Shown here: piece after piece, positions 34,283 to 41,145 of the stretch
How positions within the stretch are numbered: the stretch's first letter is position 1
How the letters are laid out: each line of letters begins with the position of its first letter
Notes under the pieces: model-generated
Told to the model about the DNA's origin: nothing
Seen by the model: the letters and a program-made list of their open reading frames with translations, nothing else
Databases searched by the model: none
Program-made: the position numbers and the translations under genes
Source of the DNA: a virus
DNA length: 41,145 nucleotides
UHGV virus genome: UHGV-0210237
Strand: one strand, 5' to 3'

Positions 34283-35521
34283 CTAACCTCTCCATTCGTC
34301 AAAGTCCACCGAGAAATCCATAAACTTCTTGTCGAAGATAAATGGTGCAACTCCTGTCATCCCTTCTCGATTTTTGGCCACATCACACCGTATCTTGCGT
34401 TCTTCTTTTTCATCAGCAGATAGCAATAACACTACATTGGCATCTTGCTCAAGCGAGCCAGATTCTTTTAAATCACTAAGTATCGGACGTTTATTTTCTC
34501 TGTTCATTACCGCCCTGCTTAGCTGAGCCAACAAAACGATTGTGATTCCATAATCAGTTGTAAGCTTCTTCAACTCTCGTGTGACTTCGTTCATGACTTG
34601 CCGTTCGTTCTTGCGTGTATCATTGACAGTTATCAGCCCTGCATAGTCCACAAACACTACATACCGTTTGTCGCTTAATCGCTGCTTGATCGCATACTTG
34701 ATATCGTTTAGATTGGAATATTCCGAGGTGAACACTCGCATATCAAATCTGTTTTTCATGTCCTCGTACGACTTTCTAGCCCTCACTTTGTTTTCGTCAG
34801 ACAATTTATTATTTCCAACGAACAGCATAGAGTTGATTCTTGTTTCTTTTGAGATAAGCCGCTTGATCAACTCGTTTTGACCCATTTCAAAAGTGAAGAA
34901 ATCACACTGTACATTGTCATTGTCTGAAAATAGTCTATGCATAATGTTCAATGCGAAAGCTGTTTTACCTGTACCTGGTCTACCAGCCAAGACAATTAGC
35001 TTTCCTCCTGTGATACCTCCTCCAAGAAATGCATCCAAAGGTTTGTAAGTTGTCATAACCTCGCTAGGTTTATCCAAGCTATCTGAGAATTCTGCAAAAG
35101 CTTTATCCAGTTTGCCGTCAGACTTAATATGGTTCACGTCACGCTTTTCTTCTAACAATCTGGATAACTTATCCCCATCTGTCTTAGAAAGCGTCTCAGC
35201 GTATTTTATGGACGCTGAGTGCAACTTGCGATCAAGATAATCATTGTGTATGATCCGTGCTAGTTCTCTTTCAATTCCAAGCTGATTCGCAGAATTCTTC
35301 AAGATATCTAATTCATCTGCTGTTCCTGCTTTGAAGTAATCAATGGTTCGCATTTCACGATGGACCTGTTCGGTAGTGTATTTCATTCCTCGCAGTCTCG
35401 TCATAGCTTCGACAATCAGTTTGCACTGAGGACTTTCAAACCATTCTGAATCGATATCAATGTTTGTGATGATTGAGGGATTGTTAAGCATCTCAGCAAC
35501 TAATCTAAGTTCATTGTTCAT
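34283..35521 (-). CDS. DnaB-like replicative helicase.
   Basis: Walker A (GKLIVLAGRPGTGKTAFALN). DnaB C-terminal-like motifs (VVFVDYAGLI…, LLAQLSRAVMNRENKRPILSDLKESGSLEQDANVV). Confidence 0.8.
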   Translation of the reverse strand: MNNELRLVAEMLNNPSIITNIDIDSEWFESPQCKLIVEAMTRLRGMKYTTEQVHREMRTIDYFKAGTADELDILKNSANQLGIERELARIIHNDYLDRKLHSASIKYAETLSKTDGDKLSRLLEEKRDVNHIKSDGKLDKAFAEFSDSLDKPSEVMTTYKPLDAFLGGGITGGKLIVLAGRPGTGKTAFALNIMHRLFSDNDNVQCDFFTFEMGQNELIKRLISKETRINSMLFVGNNKLSDENKVRARKSYEDMKNRFDMRVFTSEYSNLNDIKYAIKQRLSDKRYVVFVDYAGLITVNDTRKNERQVMNEVTRELKKLTTDYGITIVLLAQLSRAVMNRENKRPILSDLKESGSLEQDANVVLLLSADEKEERKIRCDVAKNREGMTGVAPFIFDKKFMDFSVDFDEWRG

Positions 35522-36209
35522 ATGCTTCTAACAACCTCCTTTGTGATTCAGCAATTTCATCGGAGATTGATTTAGTATTGTTGTTGGAATAAGTGTACTC
35601 ATCTTCCCAACCTCTATTGCTAAACCAAGTTGATCCGTGTTTTATATATTCCTCAGTTATTTGGTTAAATTTAATTTCTTTTAGGTATTCCAAAATACCT
35701 TCTTGGATTTCTTTATTAGATGAACCTGATTTAATAGCTTTCTTATAATGTTTAAATGCAGCTTCTTTCCCCTTTTTTCTCGGATAAAGTTTCCATAGCT
35801 TTTCAAAATCATCTCTCAGTTTTTTTGCCGAATGCACATTAGTATTATTTGTATTATTAATAGATGTATTATTATCTTTGACTTTTTCGTCAATAGGGGT
35901 ATTGATTTTTTCGTCAATACCCTCTTGATTTAAAAAGATATACCTATTGATTATTTGCTTAGTACCCTCTTTGAAAACGATGCTTCTTCTGATATAGCCA
36001 AATTTCTCTAAATCACTCACCCAACGCGATATCGTTTCTTTCTTTACGCTGTATAGATCTGCAAAATAATCATTACTTGCCCAGCAATAACCTTTCTCGT
36101 TGCATAAAGCGGTTATTTCACCATAGAGTAATTTAGCATTAGGCATAAGCCGCGTATCGTATCTAATGTTGGCAGGTATTATTGCATAATAACTTCGATG
36201 TTCTGCCAC
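35511..36209 (-). CDS. DnaD-domain replication initiation / replisome organizer protein.
   Basis: N-terminal YYAIIPANIRYD…AKLLYGEITALCNEKGYCWASNDYFADLYSVKKETISRWVSDLEKFGYI (phage replisome-organizer N-terminal domain). DnaD-like C-terminus. Confidence 0.65.
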   Translation of the reverse strand: MAEHRSYYAIIPANIRYDTRLMPNAKLLYGEITALCNEKGYCWASNDYFADLYSVKKETISRWVSDLEKFGYIRRSIVFKEGTKQIINRYIFLNQEGIDEKINTPIDEKVKDNNTSINNTNNTNVHSAKKLRDDFEKLWKLYPRKKGKEAAFKHYKKAIKSGSSNKEIQEGILEYLKEIKFNQITEEYIKHGSTWFSNRGWEDEYTYSNNNTKSISDEIAESQRRLLEAYEQ

Positions 36210-36213
36210 GCTA

Positions 36214-36891
36214 TCAACCTCCTATCCTTAACTTCTTAATCTCATCTTGATTTAACTTGATGCCAATAACGTGATACTTGTTTTTAAACTCCGTAATCCC
36301 CAATTGATGCTTCTCTGTATGATGGGTCATGCAAAGTGCTGCAAAAGTAAATTCTGTATGATCTACTTCTTTCCGCTTTCGTCTTCCCAAAGCTTTGTCA
36401 AAGTGATCGATGTCAGCGTTCTTTTTACCGCAAATGCAACACGTTCGATTCATCACGCATTTATAAAAGAAATACTGAATGTTTTGTGGCGGAACCTCGT
36501 ATCCATCTTTGAAAGGGATATCTCCATCGAAGATAAAGTCGAGTATCAAATCAGCCAGCAAAGATACATCATCCACTGTATTCGTGGAAATATTTTTCAA
36601 ACTAATACTTTTGCCTGTTAAAAACCGAAATTGCCAGTAAAATATATCTTTTAAATCGTCAAATGGCTGTCCAGTGTATCTGTAAATATCATTCATGAGA
36701 GAAAACACAAACGCCCTCTGCTCGACTGTGAAACCTCGTGGATCTTTGATAAATAGTTCCGCTTGTCGCTCTCCGTCATATCCATCAAATATTGTTTTGA
36801 GACGCGCAATATTTAGTTCATCTTTGAGTTCTAGCGTCAGGCGATTGCCTTCAACTTTTATTATTTTTGCTAGATACGAAAGGTTGTTCAT
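36214..36891 (-). CDS. Protein with a C-terminal HNH/zinc-ribbon-like nuclease motif.
   Basis: CCICGKKNADIDHF…EVDHTEFTFAALCMTHHTEKHQ (Cys/His cluster). Confidence 0.4.
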   Translation of the reverse strand: MNNLSYLAKIIKVEGNRLTLELKDELNIARLKTIFDGYDGERQAELFIKDPRGFTVEQRAFVFSLMNDIYRYTGQPFDDLKDIFYWQFRFLTGKSISLKNISTNTVDDVSLLADLILDFIFDGDIPFKDGYEVPPQNIQYFFYKCVMNRTCCICGKKNADIDHFDKALGRRKRKEVDHTEFTFAALCMTHHTEKHQLGITEFKNKYHVIGIKLNQDEIKKLRIGG

Positions 36892-36896
36892 TTACA

Positions 36897-37625
36897 TCAC
36901 TCTTCCGATTTTTGTTCTTCCTTAAATTGGTCTTCCAACCAATTAACCCCGCGTTTTAATAATCCCAAGTCTCCTTTTGTCCACTTAGTATCATCGGCGG
37001 TTATTTTAGCCACATCACACAGCAAGACAATCGATTCATCGATGTTTTTGTCATATTTATTTGCCATAGCTTGTAAAGATTTCATGAAAATTGTTTTGTT
37101 TCTCTCGCTAGCAAGTTCAAGCATAGTTACGTCTTCGGGCATATCCTCGCCAGCGTAGATATAAAGTCCAAGTCCGAACATTGCAAGATTTTTTACTAAG
37201 CAACGCATTATAGCTTTGTTAATATCAAACATCGTTGCCGCGTTCACTGTTTTATCAATCATCTTTCCTGTAGGTTTTTTATTTACATATTCTTTGACTT
37301 GATAAGTGTAAGGTTTGTCTTTCATGGCGTTATTAGCACCGTCCATTACAGGTAGCCACATTTCTCTCTTTATTCCGTTAATAGTTATTGACGTAAAGAC
37401 CATATACCCTAAATTTTCATCAAAAACATACGGTTGATGATTCTCTGGATTATGATAGATTTCATAATCAACTGATTCTGCTACCTTACTGACCTCTGCC
37501 CATGCCCACGCCCAAGACAGATACGTTAAAGAATTTCTCTTTTCAACTACATTCGTGACATCTATTTGGTATAGTTTGTTAAATAAAATATTGTCTTCCC
37601 GACTGAATATTGAAGATGCACTCAC
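36897..37625 (-). CDS. Rad52-like single-strand annealing protein (Sak/DUF1071-type).
   Basis: LTYLSWAWAWAEVSKV…MFGLGLYIYAGED resembles Rad52-family SSAP motifs. Position in the recombination module next to an HNH-like protein. Confidence 0.45.
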   Translation of the reverse strand: MSASSIFSREDNILFNKLYQIDVTNVVEKRNSLTYLSWAWAWAEVSKVAESVDYEIYHNPENHQPYVFDENLGYMVFTSITINGIKREMWLPVMDGANNAMKDKPYTYQVKEYVNKKPTGKMIDKTVNAATMFDINKAIMRCLVKNLAMFGLGLYIYAGEDMPEDVTMLELASERNKTIFMKSLQAMANKYDKNIDESIVLLCDVAKITADDTKWTKGDLGLLKRGVNWLEDQFKEEQKSEE

Positions 37626-37960
37626 TCGATCAAATCCTTCCCTAAAACTGGTTCAGCGCTCCAAACCAAATCTTTGTCTTTTTCGTCAAATATGAATTCG
37701 CAGATGTCTTCAGCATGGACTAGATACTGTTTCGTTTTTTGGTAAACCTCATCCAATGAAAAGATGATCGTGCCTGGATTGGGCTTCACAAAAACGATAA
37801 ACAATTCATCGTCAGCGTTGACTGCACGAGGTTTATAGCTTGTCATGATGCGTTCTTCTTTGTATTCATCAAACCCTTTAAATTGGTGGATATTAGGCAT
37901 CACATGACTGGTTTCGTCTTGCATCAGGTTGTCGTAATTTGTTGCGATATAATCTGACAT
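37622..37960 (-). CDS. Hypothetical acidic protein (112 aa).
   Basis: ORF track. ATGA-coupled to the downstream gene. Confidence 0.4.
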   Translation of the reverse strand: MSDYIATNYDNLMQDETSHVMPNIHQFKGFDEYKEERIMTSYKPRAVNADDELFIVFVKPNPGTIIFSLDEVYQKTKQYLVHAEDICEFIFDEKDKDLVWSAEPVLGKDLIE

Positions 37961-38010
37961 CTTCCCACTCCTCTCGATTTGTGGTAAACTTAGGTAAATA
38001 TTTTTCGTAA

Positions 38011-38042
38011 GACTCTATGCTTGCCGGCCGGAGTCTTTTTTT
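38011..38042 (+). terminator. Terminator-like hairpin oriented on the plus strand (GACTC…GCCGGCCG…GAGTC followed by T7) at the 3' end of a minus-strand gene.
   Basis: The stem contains a GC palindrome. The T-tract follows only on the plus strand. Confidence 0.35.
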
Positions 38043-38224
38043 GTGGATTCAACTACAAATGCGTTGCCCAAATTCCTTTCAAGAAACAATTGAATCTTGT
38101 TAGCAGATTCCTCATCAAATTCAATAGCTTCCTCGATTTTTCCGAATAGGCACATTCCATTAGACAGTTTCTTTACATAGTTTTTGTTCTTTCCATGATT
38201 AGATTCGATATATACTAGCTTCAT
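38015..38224 (-). CDS. Hypothetical protein (69 aa).
   Basis: ORF track. Confidence 0.4.
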   Translation of the reverse strand: MKLVYIESNHGKNKNYVKKLSNGMCLFGKIEEAIEFDEESANKIQLFLERNLGNAFVVESTKKDSGRQA

Positions 38225-38346
38225 ACAATTCCCCTCCGTTTCTTCATCCGTTCAATATTCTGTTTAGCTAAAATGATTGGTTTCTCGTATCTATATCCAC
38301 GATCAGCAATGATTTTGCCGATACGTAGCGCTTCAGCTCTGGTCAT
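38221..38346 (-). CDS. Micro-ORF, 41 aa (MTRAEALRIGKIIADRGYRYEKPIILAKQNIERMKKRRGIV).
   Basis: Found by manual translation. ATGA overlap with the downstream gene start. Confidence 0.25.
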   Translation of the reverse strand: MTRAEALRIGKIIADRGYRYEKPIILAKQNIERMKKRRGIV

Positions 38347-38347
38347 A

Positions 38348-38485
38348 CTACTTAACCCCCATAATCCAAATCAGTGTTAACAAAAGGACAATGTTTAAAC
38401 CAATGCTTAAATATGAAATTGCTTGGAGTTGACGTGCTTTGTAAAAGTGATTTCTATTTAGACTTGCTAGCCATTTTTTCTTCAT
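38348..38485 (-). CDS. Micro-ORF, 45 aa, single TMD (MKKKWLASLNRNHFYKARQLQAISYLSIGLNIVLLLTLIWIMGVK).
   Basis: Found by manual translation. GGAGGAG SD. ATGA overlap with the upstream micro-ORF. Confidence 0.3.
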   Translation of the reverse strand: MKKKWLASLNRNHFYKARQLQAISYLSIGLNIVLLLTLIWIMGVK

Positions 38486-38604
38486 GCTGACTCCTCCTTG
38501 AAGTATCGATTGATCAAAGCGAGCGCTTCTTCTTTTGTCGAGACGGTATGCTGCATTGTCGATCCGTTATCTTCCTCAACTGATATAGTGATTCTTTTAA
38601 TCAT
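38482..38604 (-). CDS. Micro-ORF, 40 aa (MIKRITISVEEDNGSTMQHTVSTKEEALALINRYFKEESA).
   Basis: Found by manual translation. GGAG SD. Translationally coupled to the 45-aa ORF. Confidence 0.25.
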   Translation of the reverse strand: MIKRITISVEEDNGSTMQHTVSTKEEALALINRYFKEESA

Positions 38605-38619
38605 TTTGTATTCACTCTC

Positions 38620-38946
38620 CTACTCTGGTTCGTGCGCAATAATTTCAACACCAACAATATAATCGCCTAGTCTGTCGAATTCATCTTCTACAAGTGTACT
38701 GTCGCCTTTATCGTTAGTAAGTTCCATAGAGAACCAATCTTCATCAAGGTCGCGGAAATTAACGGGGTTATCCTCGAAATTAGCATCATATAGATCGTCT
38801 GAATCAATAGCTATTAATGATAAACCCTTAGTGTTACCGCCCACTTTGTAAGTAACGTATCCTTTGTAATCCCAAATCATAAAAGAAACTTTAATTGTGT
38901 GTTTGGCCCATGAAATATTCGGGTCATAAATAGTCAACTCTTTCAT
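38620..38946 (-). CDS. Small highly acidic early protein (108 aa).
   Basis: Asp/Glu-rich (…DSDDLYDANFEDNPVNFRDLDEDWFSMELTNDKGDSTLVEDEFDRLGDY…). Confidence 0.45.
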   Translation of the reverse strand: MKELTIYDPNISWAKHTIKVSFMIWDYKGYVTYKVGGNTKGLSLIAIDSDDLYDANFEDNPVNFRDLDEDWFSMELTNDKGDSTLVEDEFDRLGDYIVGVEIIAHEPE

Positions 38947-39374
38947 TTACCCAACTCCCCTACTTTTTGATCCGTATACTGCCGTAACTCGCTCACACGC
39001 TGTTCTAGCTGTTCCTTGTCGTTTTGCACTGTGGATAGTTGTTGGCGCAAGCTATCGGCTTCCTGTTGCTTTGTGTTGATCTCCTGTTGCTTTTGTTCGA
39101 TCTCTCGTTGCTTCGCTTCGATTTCTTTTTGCTTGTCTGATTTGATTTGCTCGATTTCGGCTTTCAACTGCTCCTGTGTACGAGTGTTGTTGGATAGCTG
39201 TGATTCGAGTTCTGACACACGTTGCGATTTGGTTTGTCCGTATTGCAAGACAGTGTTGAAGTTTGCCTTGATTGTGTCCAAATCTTGAAATGCGTTGCTT
39301 GCTGCGTAGCCGATAACTCCGCTACCTAGTGCTAGTCCGATGATTGCTGTTGTTTTTGCTAGTTTGTTTTTCAA
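38943..39374 (-). CDS. Membrane-anchored coiled-coil protein with Q/E-rich heptad repeats.
   Basis: N-terminal TMD/signal (TTAIIGLALGSGVIGYAAS) followed by EIEAKQREIEQKQQEINTKQQEADSLRQQL. The DNA shows the matching tandem repeats. Confidence 0.5.
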   Translation of the reverse strand: MKNKLAKTTAIIGLALGSGVIGYAASNAFQDLDTIKANFNTVLQYGQTKSQRVSELESQLSNNTRTQEQLKAEIEQIKSDKQKEIEAKQREIEQKQQEINTKQQEADSLRQQLSTVQNDKEQLEQRVSELRQYTDQKVGELGK

Positions 39375-39484
39375 TGTGATTTCTCCTTTTCATCTTTTTA
39401 TTTGTGTCAATATTCAAAAGAATTGAACCTAAACTTAGAATGATTGAAATTAAAGAAACTATTGTCACCAAATGACATCCTCCT

Positions 39485-39673
39485 TTATCCAATACTCCAG
39501 TTGCGATCGGCCACTTCATCAATTCCTAATAAATCTGCAATAGCATAGATATGATCTTTCATAAGCTCTTGAAAGTCCTCGTAAGTTGCTGGCTTTCCGT
39601 CTACTTGTAAATTCGATGATTCGGCATACTCCATTGCACTTTTTAGCGCATCTTTTACGTTCTCAAATTCCAT
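39485..39673 (-). CDS. Hypothetical acidic protein (62 aa).
   Basis: ORF track. Confidence 0.35.
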   Translation of the reverse strand: MEFENVKDALKSAMEYAESSNLQVDGKPATYEDFQELMKDHIYAIADLLGIDEVADRNWSIG

Positions 39674-40188
39674 TATTTCTCCTCCAATTCCAAAACGTTC
39701 AATACTGCAGGAGTTGCTTGCAAATCTGCCAGACTAAAATGTTCATAAGTTAGTACGTTTAAATAAGCTAAGGCTTCATCAAAATCAACTCGTTTAATCG
39801 ACGTATAACGGACAACGTTCATGCGTTTCTTAAGCTTAGAGTGGATGCGGCTCATGAACATACCTTTCCAAGCTTTAAATAGATTGCCGCTGTATGTTTT
39901 ACCTTGGCGTTTTTGATGTTCTTCGGTTAAGCTAATGGCAAGTTTGCTGACGATTGAGCGCAATTCCTTTTGCTCTTCATACGTGATAGTGACTTGCTCA
40001 GACATTTTTTCATATAACGAGCGACTTTCATTGACGTGTTCTTTTACTTCGTCTTTCAGTTCAATCATTTCTTCTTTGACATTTCCCATTTCACGCAACA
40101 AACTTACCAACGCTTCACTTTGTTTGCCTTGCGTTTCCAATGTGTGGATCAATGCGATTGTGCTGTTTTCCATTAATTGATTACCCAT
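39673..40188 (-). CDS. Hypothetical early protein (171 aa).
   Basis: ORF track. Helical, no recognisable motif. Confidence 0.45.
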   Translation of the reverse strand: MGNQLMENSTIALIHTLETQGKQSEALVSLLREMGNVKEEMIELKDEVKEHVNESRSLYEKMSEQVTITYEEQKELRSIVSKLAISLTEEHQKRQGKTYSGNLFKAWKGMFMSRIHSKLKKRMNVVRYTSIKRVDFDEALAYLNVLTYEHFSLADLQATPAVLNVLELEEK

Positions 40189-41078
40189 GCTACTTCTCCT
40201 CCGATTTCTTGTTTGATTTGTTTTAGTAATTTTTCAACTCTGGAAATTGAATCCGTGAGTTTTTGCTTTGTCTCATCGTTCGCACCAGCGATTGCTTGCG
40301 AATCGTATACCGTTACCGCTTGTTCTTTAACAAATTGATTCATATTGATAATGAGTTTATGAACACTGATATCAGCATCTCGTTTCAAACGCTTTAGTTG
40401 CGCTTGTTCTAGTTCATCATTTTCAACCTTTGTTTTTTCTTGTAACGCTTTTTCGGAATCTGCTATACGTTGTTTCAAAGCTTCCTGTTCAGCTTTAAGC
40501 GCTTGGTTTTCTCTGGTGATCTCATCAACGATCTTCGTAGATTGCTTAAGCTGCTGGTAGTCGTCCGGAACCTTTTCGACAATGACTTCTTTTTCAATTA
40601 CTTCCGTTTCTTGCTCATTCAGATCATCAATCATCTGGGCTTGTAGTTTAATTTGCTCATCCTTTGCTTTTAGCTGTTTCTCAAGCTCTCGATATTCTTT
40701 GGTGGTTTTTATATCACCTGAGAGCACCATTTCTACCGCTTCTGGTTTAGCTGACGGTTTGGATATTTCTGTTTTGAGTGTGGTTGGTAGTTCCTGGAAC
40801 ATTTCGATTTGTTCGACTTTTTCCATTTGATGGAAAAACTTACATTGATTGATATAGTTGTATACACTTTGCCTTTTCAAACCGATTGATTCGAACCACT
40901 TTACGAAAGTTCCTTCTCCATACTTGGCAAGCTTATCCTGCGCTTCGATAAGGGTTTCTCCTAACTGGATGGAACTGTTTAGAACGATTGACTGTAGCTC
41001 TTGTTCTTTTACTTTTAAAAATTGAGCAGTGGTATCATCTACTATTGAATAGTCAAAATTTGTTGAAACTTGGTTCAA
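40173..41078 (-). CDS. Early protein with an N-terminal globular domain and a long C-terminal coiled coil (301 aa).
   Basis: TTG start with AAAGGAG SD. Residues 130-300 are heptad-rich (E/K/Q). Confidence 0.5.
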   Translation of the reverse strand: MNQVSTNFDYSIVDDTTAQFLKVKEQELQSIVLNSSIQLGETLIEAQDKLAKYGEGTFVKWFESIGLKRQSVYNYINQCKFFHQMEKVEQIEMFQELPTTLKTEISKPSAKPEAVEMVLSGDIKTTKEYRELEKQLKAKDEQIKLQAQMIDDLNEQETEVIEKEVIVEKVPDDYQQLKQSTKIVDEITRENQALKAEQEALKQRIADSEKALQEKTKVENDELEQAQLKRLKRDADISVHKLIINMNQFVKEQAVTVYDSQAIAGANDETKQKLTDSISRVEKLLKQIKQEIGGEVAWVIN

Positions 41079-41102
41079 TGTTATTCTCCTTTCTTTGGTA
41101 TA
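41074..41102 (+). promoter_or_regulatory. Sigma-A-type promoter TTCAAT-17-TATAAT directed toward the window end, and across the junction toward ORF 1..264.
   Basis: Read directly: TTCAAT at 41074..41079 and TATAAT at 41097..41102. Confidence 0.4.
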
Positions 41103-41145
41103 ATTTCCTTATCAGTCAGTGGTCGGCTGAAATAATGATAAGGAG

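Noticed and set aside
38943-39374. Tandem DNA repeats (CTCCTGTTGCTTTTGTTCGATCTCTCGTTGCTTCGCTTCGATTTC…) that might be a CRISPR-like or iteron array.
   Set aside because: They lie inside a coding region and match the protein's Q/E/K heptad repeats. There are no regular spacers. Not a CRISPR array or origin iterons.
39322-39522. A 66-aa minus-strand ORF.
   Set aside because: It overlaps both neighbours (38943..39374 and 39485..39673) by 52 and 38 nt and has no good SD. It is probably an artefact of the longest-ORF rule, though it does contain a hydrophobic stretch.

Overview
The window reads as one complete temperate siphovirus genome from a low-GC Firmicutes host, given in reverse orientation. 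Its two ends appear to join: AAGGAGGTG, a TTCAAT-17-TATAAT promoter and an ATG are reconstituted across the 41145/1 junction. That favours a circularly permuted or excised genome over an arbitrary chromosomal cut.

Reading the minus strand from right to left, the modules are:
- Early genes: many small ORFs, including acidic and membrane proteins.
- Recombination and replication: Rad52-like SSAP, HNH-like protein, DnaD-like organizer, DnaB-like helicase, RusA, SSB, YopX.
- Late activation: ArpU-family late activator.
- A fusion of an HTH with a calcineurin-like metallophosphoesterase.
- Packaging: HNH endonuclease, small accessory genes, TerS, TerL, portal, MuF-like head protein.
- Head: scaffold and major capsid, with a -1-frame Ig-like extension on the capsid gene.
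- Connectors and tail: major tail protein, G/G-T chaperone frameshift, tape measure, Dit, Tal (lytic transglycosylase plus M23), a baseplate protein with a metallophosphoesterase domain, RBP-like protein.
- Lysis: XhlA-like protein, holin and amidase endolysin.

On the plus strand sit a two-gene moron cassette (SHOCT/glycine-zipper protein plus small lipoprotein), the integrase, an ImmA protease, CI, and a divergent cro with triple operator repeats. The CI-ImmA-int module is at 1199..3249.

No tRNA, rRNA, CRISPR array or transposase was seen. Functional calls come from motifs I recognise by eye. No database search was possible.
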